Positions 12,203 to 25,299 are shown, counted from the stretch's first letter. The stretch: DNA of 64,000 bases from Lama guanicoe (GCA_013239625.1 MU053652.1:5509902-5573901), one strand, 5' to 3'. Notes: generated by a model from the sequence alone, not told the origin. A program made the numbers and translations.

Positions 12203-14164
12203 GCAGGGATGCATGTGCACCGTGTGGTAGATACCCGCTCACGAACCCCTCCTGTGGCTCCTGAACGCGGGCATGAGCTGACTGTGGGGTGAGGGGCACA
12301 CTGCTGTCCTGAGCCTCACCGACCCCGCCCTGTCTGTCGGTCTCACATGTCTGGTCTTGCTTCTAGTAGCCAGTGCTTTCATAAACTGAGCAAAGCCCAC
12401 ACAGTACACTTGCCGCCACTTGCAGATGGCCTGGTAAAAAAAATATTGTCTAAGTTTCCAAAAGAAACAAATTTTATTCCCACTTTCTCCTGTCAGCTTT
12501 CCTGCATGTGGGAGCTTCGTGCTGTCAGTATTCCTCCCGGGTGAGTAGCCTGCAAAGGTTCCGAGGCTCAATGATTACCCCAAAGCAGGAACGTGGCATA
12601 AATCTCCATGTGTGAAATACATATCACAGCTTGAGTTAAATGGACCCCAAACATATGGCATTGTTTTTTGCATTTTCTAACACATGGGCAGTTTTTCACG
12701 TTTTAAATCAACGGAAAATGAGAAGATTATAGGCAAATCTTCTTGGAGGATTAACCACCAGGAAACAGACTTGGTTTGCATAAATATTTGGGGTGGGATG
12801 GATGATGAGGTCAGACACTTTCCAAAGGCACGTTTCCTTTTGTAGTGTAGTAGCCCGTGGCTCGGGAATCGCTGAGTAGGGGCTGGACTGCCTTGTGCCT
12901 TTTTCGTGTGTTACTGACAGGGACCAGTGACTTCTGGAGACAACCTCTCTTCCTGGGCCATGATGTTGCTATCAGTCTGAGTGGATTCTAACCTGTGTAT
13001 GAGCTTGTCATTTGCTCAGGGGCCACCAGATAAAGTTACTGGAAACACTCCAGAATCTGTAGAATGAATCTATTCCCTATTGACCAGATTTCACATGGGA
13101 CTGGGATGATGGCCCCATTCTGACTTTCAAGAGTTAAAGATGATGCAAAACTGGACACCAAAATTCTTCTTTCCTTAGGAGAGATCAATTCTGTCCCTCT
13201 CTCAGAGGGCTGCCCACCCCCTCCAAAGGCAGCGATGTGCCTGTAGGACTCTAGTTCTCCACAGGTGGTGATCAATAGGGGAAAGAGGAAGGCGCTCATT
13301 AGGCATTTGAGCTCAGAGTGGCTCACTCAGCCTTGTCAGGCCTCCACAGCTACAGCCGGCTGTGCCGTCCTCGTTACGGAGATGGGCCCACTAGAGTGCC
13401 AGGGTGCTGCCCTCTGTGCTCGCCTGGGCGCCAGCCCTGCTGGACCCACAGCTGGCCTCCAAGCAGACCCTGAAGATCATGATGTGGTCTGCAGCTCTGT
13501 GGGCTCAGGGTACCTTCAGCCTTGCTCTGCCCATCCTCTCCTTCAAATGTATTAATGAACACACTGTAAAGGGTTTAGAGAGGGACTGATCCATACACCT
13601 GCATTAATTGCTCTGCGGAGACAGATGTCACCATTCTGCAGTGTAGGGTGGGGTGGGCTGTCTGCTATGGAAATCACCTTCACTCTTCTTGGGGGAGGAG
13701 AAAGTCCCCTGACCTTCATGTGCAGACAAGTGATGGATGAGCCCTCCCAGCCCCTTCTCTGTATCAGTGAACTTCTCTCTTTGCCCTGTCCCTGCCCCAG
13801 GCTGCACTGCGGGCTGGTCACTCCCTTCAAGGCTGTGCTGTGCGTTCACAGTGAACTGAGGATCCCTACATAGAAACTTGAGGACAGGGGACCCAGTCTA
13901 TTTTATCTCTCCAAACGCTCCATCCTCCCTCGAGGTGGTTGTGGCCATAAAATGACGCTTCTAGAATCAACTAGCTCCTCATGTGGTGATGGGAGAGGAA
14001 AGGGAAGGGAGCGGGAAGAGACAGAAATGAAAGGGGAAGAGATCTTCTGGGTTGGAAACCTGTAGATTTTTCTAAGTGACAAAGGGCAGGGGTTGCTTTA
14101 TGAAAGAGGAGACTTGGCACCCTAATGCCAGCCTTGGGAAAAGCAACGATCTCAGAGAAGAAGA

Positions 14165-14350
14165 GTGTATGGGGCTTGGAAGCCAGGCAGCTTTTAGTTC
14201 TGGCTCTAGTACTTTCCAGCTGTGTCTCTAAGCCTCGGTTTGCTTCTTCACATGTAGAGTGGACTTAGTAATTTTGATCACCTCACAGAGTTGGCGTGAG
14301 AATTACAGCAGCAGCCCACCTGGGACAAGCAATATGCAGAATACTGCCAA
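14165..14350 (+). mobile_element. MIR SINE
   Basis: tggctctagtactttccagctgtgtctctaagcctcggtttgcttcttcacatgta...acctcacagagttggcgtgagaatta. Confidence 0.65.
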
Positions 14351-15843
14351 GGTGCCTGTCATGATTCATTGCAGAGATGCCAAACCAGAGGAGAGGGTCT
14401 GCCTTGCACGAGGCCTGTCCTGCCCGTCTCCATCCTCCCCTTGTCGCGCTGGCTGGCCCCCCTCTCCCCCAGCGTTCCCACGCGGTCTAGGCCGTGGGGA
14501 GTGGCGGCACTGGAACCCTGGCTCACCCCCGCGGCCAGGGCAGGAGGTCGGGCCTGGGGCGCCGGCTGCAGTTGCGCGCAGCCACCTCTAGATGGAACTT
14601 TCTCACCAACACAAGGCCCGGCCGGCCGCAGCTCCCCGGGCGCCGGGCGGCGAGGGGCTCCCTCCCCCACTCCCCCGCCCCGGCAGGTGCGGGGTGCCTG
14701 GGCGGTAACTCGTGCGGAGGGCCGCTGGGCTTACACGTCGAGCCCGGCGGGCGGGCTTCCATCGGCTGGAGGCGAAGGGAATCCCGAGGTTTCCCCTCAG
14801 AAACCCAGGAGCCGCGCGGCGCGGGTCCCCAGGAATTTCCTGCCCCGCGTCTGCGGCTCCTTAAACCAGCTCAGTAAGATGCGGGTCACCGAGCCCGCCC
14901 GCGCCCCCTTCGGCGCTGGGCCTGCAGCGGGCAGATCTTCCGTCCCCGCTCGGGCTGCGGGGGCTCAGTAGATAGCGCCCCCGAGAGCCGTGGGCCGGGG
15001 CGGGGAGACAATCGTTCGAACCGCGGGGCAGGACGCATGGCCGAGAGGCAGCGCGGCGCGAGCAAACTTCGCAGGGGGAAGCGCAAGGCTGACGGCTTTA
15101 CTTTTTGCATCCCCGACAGGAAAGCGTGGGGCGGGACATATGCCGTCTACCATGCATTTTTCACGGTGACACTTCTTCGGAGCGGTGCTCACGAAGGAGA
15201 ACCCGGGTTCGCGGTCCCAGTTGTGTGCTCCGGGTGGCCTCGATGCGGCGCTTCCCGCGCGGGTCGCGGGCTCGCCTGGCAGTCGGAGGCTCTCAGCTCC
15301 TTCACAGCCATATTCCTCCTTGCAGCCGCTCGCACTTCTTCCTACCTTCCCCGCCACTCTCCCCTCTTCCAATCCCCGTTCTTTAGGTCCTCCCTTTTTT
15401 GTTGTGGGCGGGGCGGATGGGTGATTTTTAAAATCAGAACTATTGACATTTCTGGTCCCCGCGTCGCCAAGGACTGAGGTGATGTAGCGCGCGGTGGAGG
15501 GGGGATCCGCCTGCCGTGTCCCTCTCCCTGTCACCGCCCGGGCAGCTCTGAGACATCGAAATCCAGGGGCTCCCGCCCCTCGGGGTTACTCCGCCCGCTT
15601 CCCGAGGTGACTGGTTGGCGCGAAGCGATCGGCGATCCCGGGCGCGATCCCGGCCGCGGCTCCCCGCGCCGCGCCGGGTGAATGGCCGCGGGCGGAGGAT
15701 CGGGAGGCGCCGGGCGCAGACCAATCGCGGCCGCCGGTGGGAGTATTTGTTATTCACATGGAAGAGACTTGGCGCGGGCTGGGCCAGCTCAGCCCCCTCA
15801 GCCCGGAGACCAGCCACAAGTGCGGCCGCGGTGCTCGCCTCGC

Positions 15844-15861
15844 GCGGCGGCGGCGGCGGCG
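15844..15861 (+). repeat. (GCG)6 / (CGG)5 trinucleotide repeat in exon 1
   Basis: gcggcggcggcggcggcg read directly. Confidence 0.95.
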
Positions 15862-15900
15862 CTGACATGGAGCTGCGGGCCCCCCGCGGGCTTCCTCACC

Positions 15901-15914
15901 GCGCCCTCTGCGGG
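15901..15914 (-). promoter_or_regulatory. CTCF-like motif
   Basis: Minus strand CCCGCAGAGGGCGC versus core CCASYAGRKGGCRS: 1 mismatch. Confidence 0.5.
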
Positions 15915-16246
15915 GAGCAGGGTAAGACTCGCCGCCGAGCAGCGGAAAGAGAGAAAGAGAAGAGCAAGTGTCGAACCACAGGCAAAAAAAGAAAAGAAAA
16001 ACAAAAGCGCCCCCATTCCCAAACTCTCCCCAAAAGCTGTGCTGGCGGAAAAAGGAGAATTCCCCTGATTTTGTTCCCCTTTCCGTTTTCTTCCCTAAAA
16101 CCGTTCAGGGGACAGCCAGGTGCACGGTTCCTTTTCAGATCACTTTAGTGATTTGCTTTTCCTGGGCACATGTAGATGGCCTTGCACACCTGGAGTCTGG
16201 GAGAGAACTGGTGGGCGGAGGCGATGGGAATAGGGGCGAGAGAAAG

Positions 16247-16265
16247 TGGGCACCAGGGGGCGAGG
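16247..16265 (+). promoter_or_regulatory. CTCF-like motif
   Basis: TGGGCACCAGGGGGCGAGG versus consensus TGGCCACCAGGGGGCGCTA. Confidence 0.5.
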
Positions 16266-19094
16266 GGCTGGCCGGGCATTGGAGCTTGATTGGGTGTCTG
16301 TTGATTTTACGTTGCAAAGAACAAGGCAGCCACCCCTCTTATCTTCCCATGATTACATTCCAGTGAAGAGGTTCAGAAAAGAGGGAGGCTTAGCTTGGAA
16401 CTCCCAAGCCTTGGAGATGTGGTCCCCCAAAAGTTTAGTCGGCGAATCGGAGACTGAATGGTGACGCGAAGGGGCAGGCGCGCCTAGGGTGCTCGTATGA
16501 GGCGTGAGGCGGCAGGATTGTAAAGCGCTCCTCGGATTGCCTGCCCCGGGTGACCTCCTGGACCTGCCCTGGCGGAATCCGGACTTGCCCCGCCGAGATG
16601 ACGAGGTACCTCCGTTCTGCGAATCTAACGGGAGGGATTTCCTAAGTTAGAGGTTTCCGGGACGAGTTGGGGTAACCCCCGCCTTCCTGAGCGTGGGGCT
16701 GGATGAATGTCTAACCAGGAGCCAGGGAAGATGGGGGTCGCAGGAGAAGCCGGGTTGTTTGGGGCTTCTCGAGACCCCACATCCCTGCACAGCGTACGTC
16801 TGCCCTGAGTTTGTGTTCACCGAGTTAGCCCCGCGAGGTCGGGATTTCCGCGCCCCCTTTTTGTGGCTTTCGGGAAAACACGGTAGTTCTGTGTTGGGGG
16901 TGGGGGCGGAGGAATGGTCTCAGGGATCTGGAGTTTAAAAAGCAAAGGCAAGCGCCCCACAGCTCCTCCGAAACACCCAGCGTGGCCCCAGTTTGGCGCG
17001 GACCTGTGCGGGGCGTGGGCGCTCGGGGCGGCCAGGTGCGGCGGGGGCGGAGGCGCTCCCGGCCCGGCCGCGCGCGGAGCCTGGCTCCCCGGGAGCGCCG
17101 GGGGGCTGGGGAGGCGCCGGAATACCCGGGTGGCGCGGGAACCGTAAGAGGAACCAGGTACTTCGCCGAAGGCCCCGGCTCCTCCGGCGCCCGGGTTCAA
17201 CAGCCGAGGGAACTGAGGAGAAAAAGGAAGATGCGGCAGGGAAGAGGGGAGCGGGGGCGGGGTGAGTGGCTGCAGGCTGAGATAGAGGCAGAGGTAGAGA
17301 ACCCCTGAGCCACGCCGAGAGCGAGCCCATCTGCTCTGCCAAACAGCTCGGAGATCCCTTGAGGTTTGTACAGTTGGTGAAAATATAACAAGCCCCCCTG
17401 CCCCCTCCCCAACCGTCTGTCTGACACGCTCCTTTGGAGCAAATGAAATGCAGAGGGGTGTGCGAGTCACCCAACTGCGCAAGACGGCTCCCCCACGCTT
17501 CCCTGAAGAATTGTTTCCCCCGTGGCCCAAATTGCAGAGCCTGGGATCAGAGAGTGGCTGCGCGCCCAGGATGGCTGGGGTGAGAACAGACCCACTCGCC
17601 AGTAGCAGAAGCCCCAAACCGTCAGTCCCCCAAGCGAGTCCCGCCGGAGGAGGGAATGCCCTGTTTGCCGTTTGCGGGTGATCCTTTCCCACAGACCTGA
17701 CGGTGCGGGAGTCTCGCGAACACCCAAGAATACACTACCTTCTCGGCCACTACCGCGACTGAATACAAATCCTGCCAACAGACAGAACTGGAAAACAGGG
17801 TTGGTGGTGGAGATATTGATAAGAAAAATCATAAAGGGGAGAAATGCATTCCGATGATAGCTGGTATTTTGCTTGAAAGGAAAAAAATAAAAAGAGAAAA
17901 AGAGCCACCAGCAGGTAGATCTTGGATAAAGAGCTTATTGCACTTGACTGTAATTTCCATTTTCCGTTATGAAAATTGTTTGTCAATAATTGCAAATGGC
18001 TACAGAAACCACTTTAGTTTATCTTGGTCACTTGCTTGTGAATAATGTCTTGAAAGATCTCTGTAGGAGACAGAATCAGCTGTGTGAAATTCATTGCCTG
18101 GTTCTTGAAAATACGTGGTTTGAGAATTTTGAAAAGACAAGCCTTACCCATCAGGGAAGATGAAGTACGATTTTAAATGCAATTTTCCCATTTCAGAGTC
18201 AACTACAGGTTGTATCAGACTTGAGATAAACAAAAAGAAGTTTTGCTTTTAAATCAGGGATGTGGGGAGACATGGATGAAGGGAGGTTCTCCAGAATAAA
18301 GAAAAAAGATGCTGAGAACACAGCTCTGTACTGTTATTTAGGCTCCATTTGTTCTGTTTGGGTTGTGCTAGCTAGTTCTGCCTTCCTGCTCCCTTTACAG
18401 ATTATGATTGCTTGAATAATTCTAAAAACATCGAAATCCAAAATGTGTAGATGAAAGAAAGAGTTGAGCTCCAAAGAGTGCAGGAGAAAGTTAGAGGTCA
18501 TTAGAGATGTGATCTTTTCAAAGTTGGCTGGGCAGGTTGGAGCTGCTGTGGGGCTTGTTCAGTTGGTATTTATGCAGCAAACAACCCGCTGACATTCACA
18601 TTGGCAATATCTAGTGCCAATCTTTGTGTAAGAATGTTCCATTGTCTTCAGGGCAGGAGGCACAGAACACTGTACACATGTGCTCGTGGTAGCAATTATT
18701 TTTTTCCCTCCAAGTTCCTTTCCCACTATCTTTCTCCTGTAGTTAGAATGCCCAGCAGAAAAAGGACTTTGCTTTAGCCCAGGGAGTGGAGTTGCTCTGT
18801 CCCAGTGTCTTAAAAAGAAGTGGTTGCAGGGATTTATCTCTTCACTGGACCCACAGGAATGACCTGGCCCTTAGCTCGCGGCTGGCTTTGGAAGCTTTAG
18901 CAAACTATTGCTGTTTTCTTGATAGAACCTGATTGGACATCACCAGACTCATCATGTTGTTTGCTCAGGAGGGATAGTCACACCATGTTGTACCAGGAGA
19001 AAAGGATGTGAATGGAGAGCCTCCTGGATTATAATGGTTCCATCCCAAGGGGGAGGGGGTGTTTCTGTCTGCTAGAAATTTAGATTTGAACTAT

Positions 19095-19218
19095 CTCCCT
19101 TTCTTCCTTCCTCCCTTCCTTCCTTCCTTCCTCCCTCCCTCCCTTCCTTCCTTCCCTCTCCTCCCTCCCACTCTCCCTCCCTCCTTTCTCTCTCCTTCCT
19201 TCCTTCTTTCTTTCTTTG
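19095..19218. repeat. (CCTT/CCCT)n polypyrimidine tract
   Basis: About 120 bp of almost pure C/T, read directly. Confidence 0.95.
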
Positions 19219-20174
19219 TTCCAGGAAGTCTTAGCTTTGAATTTCATTTCTACTTGGTACTTTGACAAGTTGTGATGAACTCACTGACTAAGGACGTTGA
19301 ATATGATGCATTCTTATCCCAGGACCTGCCTTCTGAGTGGTGGTTATTGCTGTGGGAGTGATTTGAGGGGGCTCCTGACTCATAATAACTCCTGGCTTTG
19401 GCTTGTTACAGGGCCAGTCTTAACCACTATTAGAGGCATTTCTTTGATAAAGATGTTATGGATCTCCTGGAAATGGTCTTATAAATGCAGATGTTCCAGT
19501 TGGGGGATGACCGTAATGCATCTTCAGGATTTGATACCTATGATGACTTTACTCACTCCCCGGGGAGGGGAGGGCCACGTCTTAAGATTGTGACCTGTAG
19601 GACACCATCAGCACTGAGGAGGGAGGAGATCCGGCTCTAGGGGAGGAGGGAGCAGGTGAGCAGAAGTGGGGAGATTTGGGGGGGCTGGAGACTAGTATGT
19701 GGAAGTTATTGCACATATGTGTTACCAGTTTCATGCTTTTCCAGGCAAAAGTATACCCACAGATAGACATCTTCTGGCTGTTTATCAGCCAACTTTCCCA
19801 GTGGTAATGAGCCTTAGTGGTAGGAGTGCTGCGTCACATCCTGCATACAACTTAGGAAGGTTTCCTATCTTCCTCTCCACTACAGAAGAATGTCTTGTCA
19901 CTACTTCCTTCAAAATAGCCCTTTGAATGCTCCAAGTGTCCATGAACTTCAGCTTCCCAACCAGATGTTGCAGCTCCACTGACTTTTCCTCTTGTGTCCT
20001 TCTTTCCAGTTTCCCTTTGATTTCTTTTGATTCCTTGGACACGTGACTTAATGTCTGACCAACCCTGAGTATGATGGGAAAGTGGCTTTTATCAGGTCTT
20101 CTAAACACAATACGGCAGTAAAGTATTGGAGTTGGAGGACCAATTGTTAAACTAACAGTGTCCCTGTTCATTCT

Positions 20175-20645
20175 TATGGCACTTGGCAATTTATAAAGTA
20201 CTTTGACACACATTATTTCGTTTGATTTCACAACCCTGGGAGGTGGCCAGAAATCATTCTTCAGTTTAGAAACAAAGAAACTGATCCCAGGTTAAATGAC
20301 TTGTCAGTGCCGTAGATTGAGTCCTGAGGGGAGTGGGATTAGAATCCGGGACTACTCAGATCCTAGGATGCCACACCCACAGCCCGCATCATCACATCAG
20401 GGTCAGCTCAACATCCATCATGGTCTGCCGCACCCAAGGGCGTGGGGTAAAGGAAAGAACATAGCCACAGTCCTGCATTTGAATTCTTGCCCAAGATTTT
20501 AGACACATTCATATAATCTTCTTGTTTTTAGGTTCCTTATATCCCAAATGGAGGCTGTGATGCTAACCTCATTCGTGTATCTTATAAAGGAAATGAGATA
20601 ATGTGTGTGAGGCTCCCTGCACACTTAGCATTCAATAAATGTTGA
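20175..20645. mobile_element. Two MIR fragments (minus ~20175-20380; plus ~20465-20645)
   Basis: aaagaaactgatcccaggttaaatgacttgtc, and aaatgagataatgtgtgtgagg...cttagcattcaataaatgtt. Confidence 0.55.
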
Positions 20646-21059
20646 TTTCACCCCCTTCCCCTCTTATATGATACCTACTGTAAAAGAGACGTCTCATTAC
20701 TTTAAACGTGCTCTTTTTATGCAATAGCTGTGTTATCAAAAAAAATGCACAAATTGAATTCTACTAAATCAGATTGCATTTTAAATGCACGGGGGATTTA
20801 GCTATTTAAAGGAAACCTGTGGTGAATTCTTTTGTAATGCAAATACTCATCTTCTAATTTATCTGTTTAGTAAGTTGAGCTTCTCATCTATCGGATTTTC
20901 TTAATATGGGGTCTGCTTGTAGAGAAGAGCTTTCCCAGCCCTCTCTCACTGATGGGAAAAAGTCACTCAGCTTGCAAACAAAATCAGTTATTGTGTTCAG
21001 CTGGCAAAGCCTTGCTCTGGTGTTTTGAGCATAATCTCAAGTTCTCTTATTATTAAATA

Positions 21060-21215
21060 ATAGAACCTCAGAATGGGGAGCTGGAAGACACCTTAGAGAT
21101 TATGTGGTCCATCTCATTTCACAGATGAAGAAATGGAAACACGTGGAGGTGAAGTGACATGTTCAGTGTCACCAGCCTGTGACTGTCACACAAGGATCCA
21201 ATTCCAGGCCTCTGG
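21060..21215 (-). mobile_element. MIR SINE fragment
   Basis: ctcatttcacagatgaagaaatggaaacacgtggaggtgaagtgacatgttcagtgtcac. Confidence 0.65.
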
Positions 21216-24200
21216 TGCAGGTGATGGGGCTCTGCCTAGCCCAGCCTCACTCTGCCTCCACCAGGATTCCAGGGCCCTGCACACCTGTGGTAGCAGAGGA
21301 GCTGATAAACAAATAGGATGCATTTTGTAGAACAACCAAAAAGAGCTATAAGTGTGGGCTGTTGCAAGAGAAACTGCTGGATTTGCAATTTTGTGAATTG
21401 ATGACAATATTCAGCTTAACCTTTTTGTTAAAGAGCTGAATGGAATCCAGCTTAGGGATGCTGTTTGGCCTTTCCATGAGAAAAAGTTTACAATTCTTGG
21501 CTAATGATCCGCCTGTGAGGAATTTTACCAAGTCCTGTCTTAAAAGCACTTGCCAAGTGCTGGAGGAAGATGAAGACGTGGTGACAGACCCTGTAAAGCC
21601 CCCTCCTCATGGCTTGGTGGGTTTGTTCTCTGTGGCATCAGGCTGGCTGGGAAGCCTGATTTGAAGCAGAGATGTTTGGACAAACTGCATTTGATACTCT
21701 CAACCCTTTGAAAGATTCAGGAATCACTGTGCCTTGGAAATGCCCCCAGATTGTACCCTCCTAATGAGTGCATTGTTTTTCTTAAAGAGCTGACCATTGA
21801 AGATACATGCATTTCTGAGAGATTTCAGTGGAGGAGCAGGGCCGTTCCCCTTGCTTGTGTTGTCCTGGTCAGTCTCTGCAGCCCCAAGGGTGCTTTCTCA
21901 AAGGACAGGGCCCACCTGGAGGACCTGAGGATTTTGACAGTGGTGCTATTTTCTAGCTCGGGGCTTTGGGCCATACTCAACCTTCCTGAGCCTTTTCCCC
22001 CTCATTTTTATGAGAGTTAATGACTGGTGTATGAAAATTCAGTGAGATACTCTGTTGGCACTTGAGATTTTGGTACAGAGAAGGTACCTAGTGACATAAA
22101 AATAAGCCGAATTCAGGGCTCTGGGCCTTGAGGAGCTGTCCATACTACTGGCCTTTCGGGAAATAGCTAGAGCATTTGAGGGAGGCCACTGATTCATCTA
22201 GCTGGGGGGCTGCTCCCCAGCAGACTTGGGCCAGTGAGCCAGTTAATGGAAGAGCTAAGGATGTACAAGGGACCTGTGTACCGTGTTCTTAGGATGGGCT
22301 GGGAGGGAATGAACCAGAAGGTCTGCGTGGACATTTAATGGTTAAGCCTCGATGGTTCATCCTGGAAACCCCTCCTCTGGGCTGAGAAACAGTGGAAGGT
22401 GTCTGCTCCCCTCTGAGGTCGCTTTCAGGAGCACAGACCTCACACCTTCTCGAAGAAGTCCATCAGCTCAGGCGAGGTTTGTACCAAACCCCGGAGGAAG
22501 GTCAGCTGGGGAGAAAAACTGTTTTATTTTAAATCCAGCACAGAACAGGAAGTAGAGCTGTTTGGCTCAATGGCACTGAAAGGTCATTATTTCGTTAAAA
22601 CTCATTGTCTTCAAGTAGGATGAGTTTAGATTAAAGCTCACAAGAATTGCCCAAGAGCAAGATTTGGCAATGCAAGACTGCACGATGCAACCAGATTTAT
22701 GTCGTTTTCCACAAACTTGCAAACATATTTTCCCTTAAACTTTAAAGGGGAAACTAAGCCTTCCAGCCATCAAGAGTCTGAGTTTTTATGACAACGTATC
22801 AGATTTTGAAATAACGGCTGTATTTCAACATTTTATAAGTAGCTCTGATTTTAATCTTAAAGTGATGAAAAGTGTCAGTAAAAACCTCACCAAGTGGACA
22901 AATATGGAAAGAGTTGCTCTGCGTTAATTGAAAACGAATTGCAGTCTAGATTAGCAGCGAGAGTTCCTGTTTGCTGAGCGCTTCCCCCGCGCCAGCCACT
23001 GCTTTCCACGTGTGCTGTGTGGCAGGCAGGCTCTGGTACCCTTTACTGACAAGAAAACCAACCTTCAGAGACATCGTGTGCCATTAATTCTATGTTGCAA
23101 AGCAGGAAACTTAAGCAAAAATCCAAGTGAGCTGCCCAATAAAAATCAACCAAAATGGAACCTCTCATTTTTCATCGAAGTGCATCCATCCGCTAAACAA
23201 AACCGATTCCTGTCTCACTGTTACTCACTCCCCAATCTTTCCTTAACTTAAAGACCTATGAGATGCCAAAGAGACTAAAATTATTGCAAAGATGAATACT
23301 TCTAAAAGAAACTCAGTGTTACTACATCTAGGACTACTCAGCAAGCGGACCTGGGTTAGTGCTGTCGGAGCAGCGTAGGTAAGGGTGATTTGTAATTAAC
23401 AGATGGACTGTGTTTAGGGTCTTCTATAATTGAAAAACGATTATTCTCTGAAGTGTTTTAAGTCTTTGGGAGGTGGCTTGGGGGTAATGAAGACAGGCTG
23501 GTCTTTGGAGAACAGCACGTCCCCTTTCTTTCTCCCTTCAATATTTCTCCTTCATTTATCCATTCATTCTGTGCTCTGTCAGAAAGGATATGTTCAGGGT
23601 CAGCCCAGCCCTGTGGACTTGGTCTCAAGCCCTGAATTAGTGGTCAGAGTTAATGAGGTTTGACCATCTTCTAACTGGTCTTCCTTGTGAAACTGTAAAA
23701 CACAATCCTATTTCTCTTAATGAGTGGTCAGTGTAATTCATGGTCCATCACTTCAGTGGTTTCATCCAGAAAGTCAAGTTGACTTTCTAAGTGTTTCCTT
23801 TTGTGGAATGCCTGAGGTCAGGCTGTTGCCAAATCACAGATTTTCTGAGGGAGAAGCAGCTGCTGGAAGAATTGTGTGTGAGGGAATATCAGTCAAGTGG
23901 TAAGAAAAATCAGAAAAGGACTAAGTATTTTGGGGGCAGAATAGGGCTTAGTATGTGCCAGGAGACAGGAAATGCTTGTCACAGGCAGATTAGAACTAAC
24001 TCAGCAGACTGGGCCATTGGCTGTATTTCTGAGTGTACTCCAGGTATATATACTCAGAAATCCAGGGCCTTGGGCTATGATGAGCCCCCTTTGCTCATCT
24101 GAAAGTGAAAAAAGTGCAGCCTTCTCTGAAGGCTTTTGGACATATGTTCAGTTGTCCTCTAGGGACGCACCATCCTTTCCTTTGGGACAGGGAGGATGGA

Positions 24201-25299
24201 ATGAAAATTTTATGAACTGGAAATTGAACAAGTGAATGGAAAATGCAGCCAGATGTTGGTTGTCTAGAGTGGAGGAGAACTGTCCACATTTCAGGTTTCA
24301 AACCCATATGTATAAGTAGGTTAGAAATGAACACTAGATTAACCATCCTGCCAGAATAAGATGGAGCTGTTTATCCTTGCCATTACGTGTGCGTTTCATA
24401 CATCAGATTCCCTTATGTTAAGTCAGTTCTGGTTTTCAGTGAAACCTCCACAAATGTCCTTTGGAAGAGTCGCATGGAATTCTTTGAGAGCGGAGGTCCT
24501 AGAACAAACTCTTTCTGTAGATTTGCTTGTAGATGTTTATTTCTAGTCTTGATGAAATCACCGTTTTCCCCACTGAGAAGCTCTGCAATTGATCTCCAGC
24601 TCGGATTTGCTCCTGGTGATTCTAGGATCAAGGAGCACTTACTTCAGAACAATACGCACACCCATTGCTTCCACTCTGACAAATTAATGGGAACCTGACA
24701 ATGGTAACAGGGATACCTTCACATATATCCCACCCTATGTGTTTAATTTTCAAGTCTTTGTTTTATTACTGGAGAACAATAGGGTAATTTACATGAAATT
24801 GCTGACATTCTATGTTAAATCTTTTTACAAGCTCTAAAACTTAAACATTTGGGGCTCCTTGGGTGGTTTTTTTTTTTTCTGCCTTTTTTTTGTGATTGAA
24901 TAATCACTTTTTCCCATTGGGAAATCTGTGGCACTAAAAAATGCCATTAACAGATGACTGGCTTGTTGAATACATCACAGAAAATAGCCTTTCATCCTGA
25001 TTTTGTGGACGAAATTTAAATGCTAAATTCTGACAGCCGTAGAAAGTAAAAACAGATTTGAAAAGAAATAATGCTATCAACCACAGGATTTTTATCTTCA
25101 TGGAAATTGGATTTATTGAAATAAAATGGTAAATAAAAATACTTTCTGATTTGGGAGAATCAGCCTAGTTTTTGAGACTTTTCTGTTTCCCTTGCTCCAA
25201 AAGTGTCATCAATCTCCCCGTTTAGATGCAGTGCAGCCAGGTGTTCAGATCATAAGGGGACAAAAAGAATTAGTTTCTTACTGAATAGGGAAAATTAAG

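Larger units (their letters stand above)
15742..15921 (+). other. GRM8: Probable GRM8 exon 1 (5'UTR); 5' end approximate
   Basis: Lies in the CpG island just downstream of CCAAT (15721) and ends at the strong donor AGG|GTAAGA (GT at 15922), about 9.5 kb upstream of exon 2. The TSS position is inferred, not observed. Confidence 0.7.
14430..17760. promoter_or_regulatory. CpG island / GRM8 promoter, with two GC-rich lobes (~14430-15950 and ~16440-17760)
   Basis: Very high GC and CpG density against an AT-rich, CpG-poor background. Contains many GGGCGG boxes, CCAAT at 15721-15725 and E2F-like TTGGCGCG near 15615, 15769 and 16992. Confidence 0.93.

Noticed and set aside
14259..17832. Many long overlapping ORFs (e.g. 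291 aa at 16817-17692, 200 aa at 14369-14971, 189 aa at 14965-15534)
   Set aside because: Expected from stop-codon scarcity in a CpG island. They are low-complexity P/G/R/A sequences on both strands with no recognisable domain.
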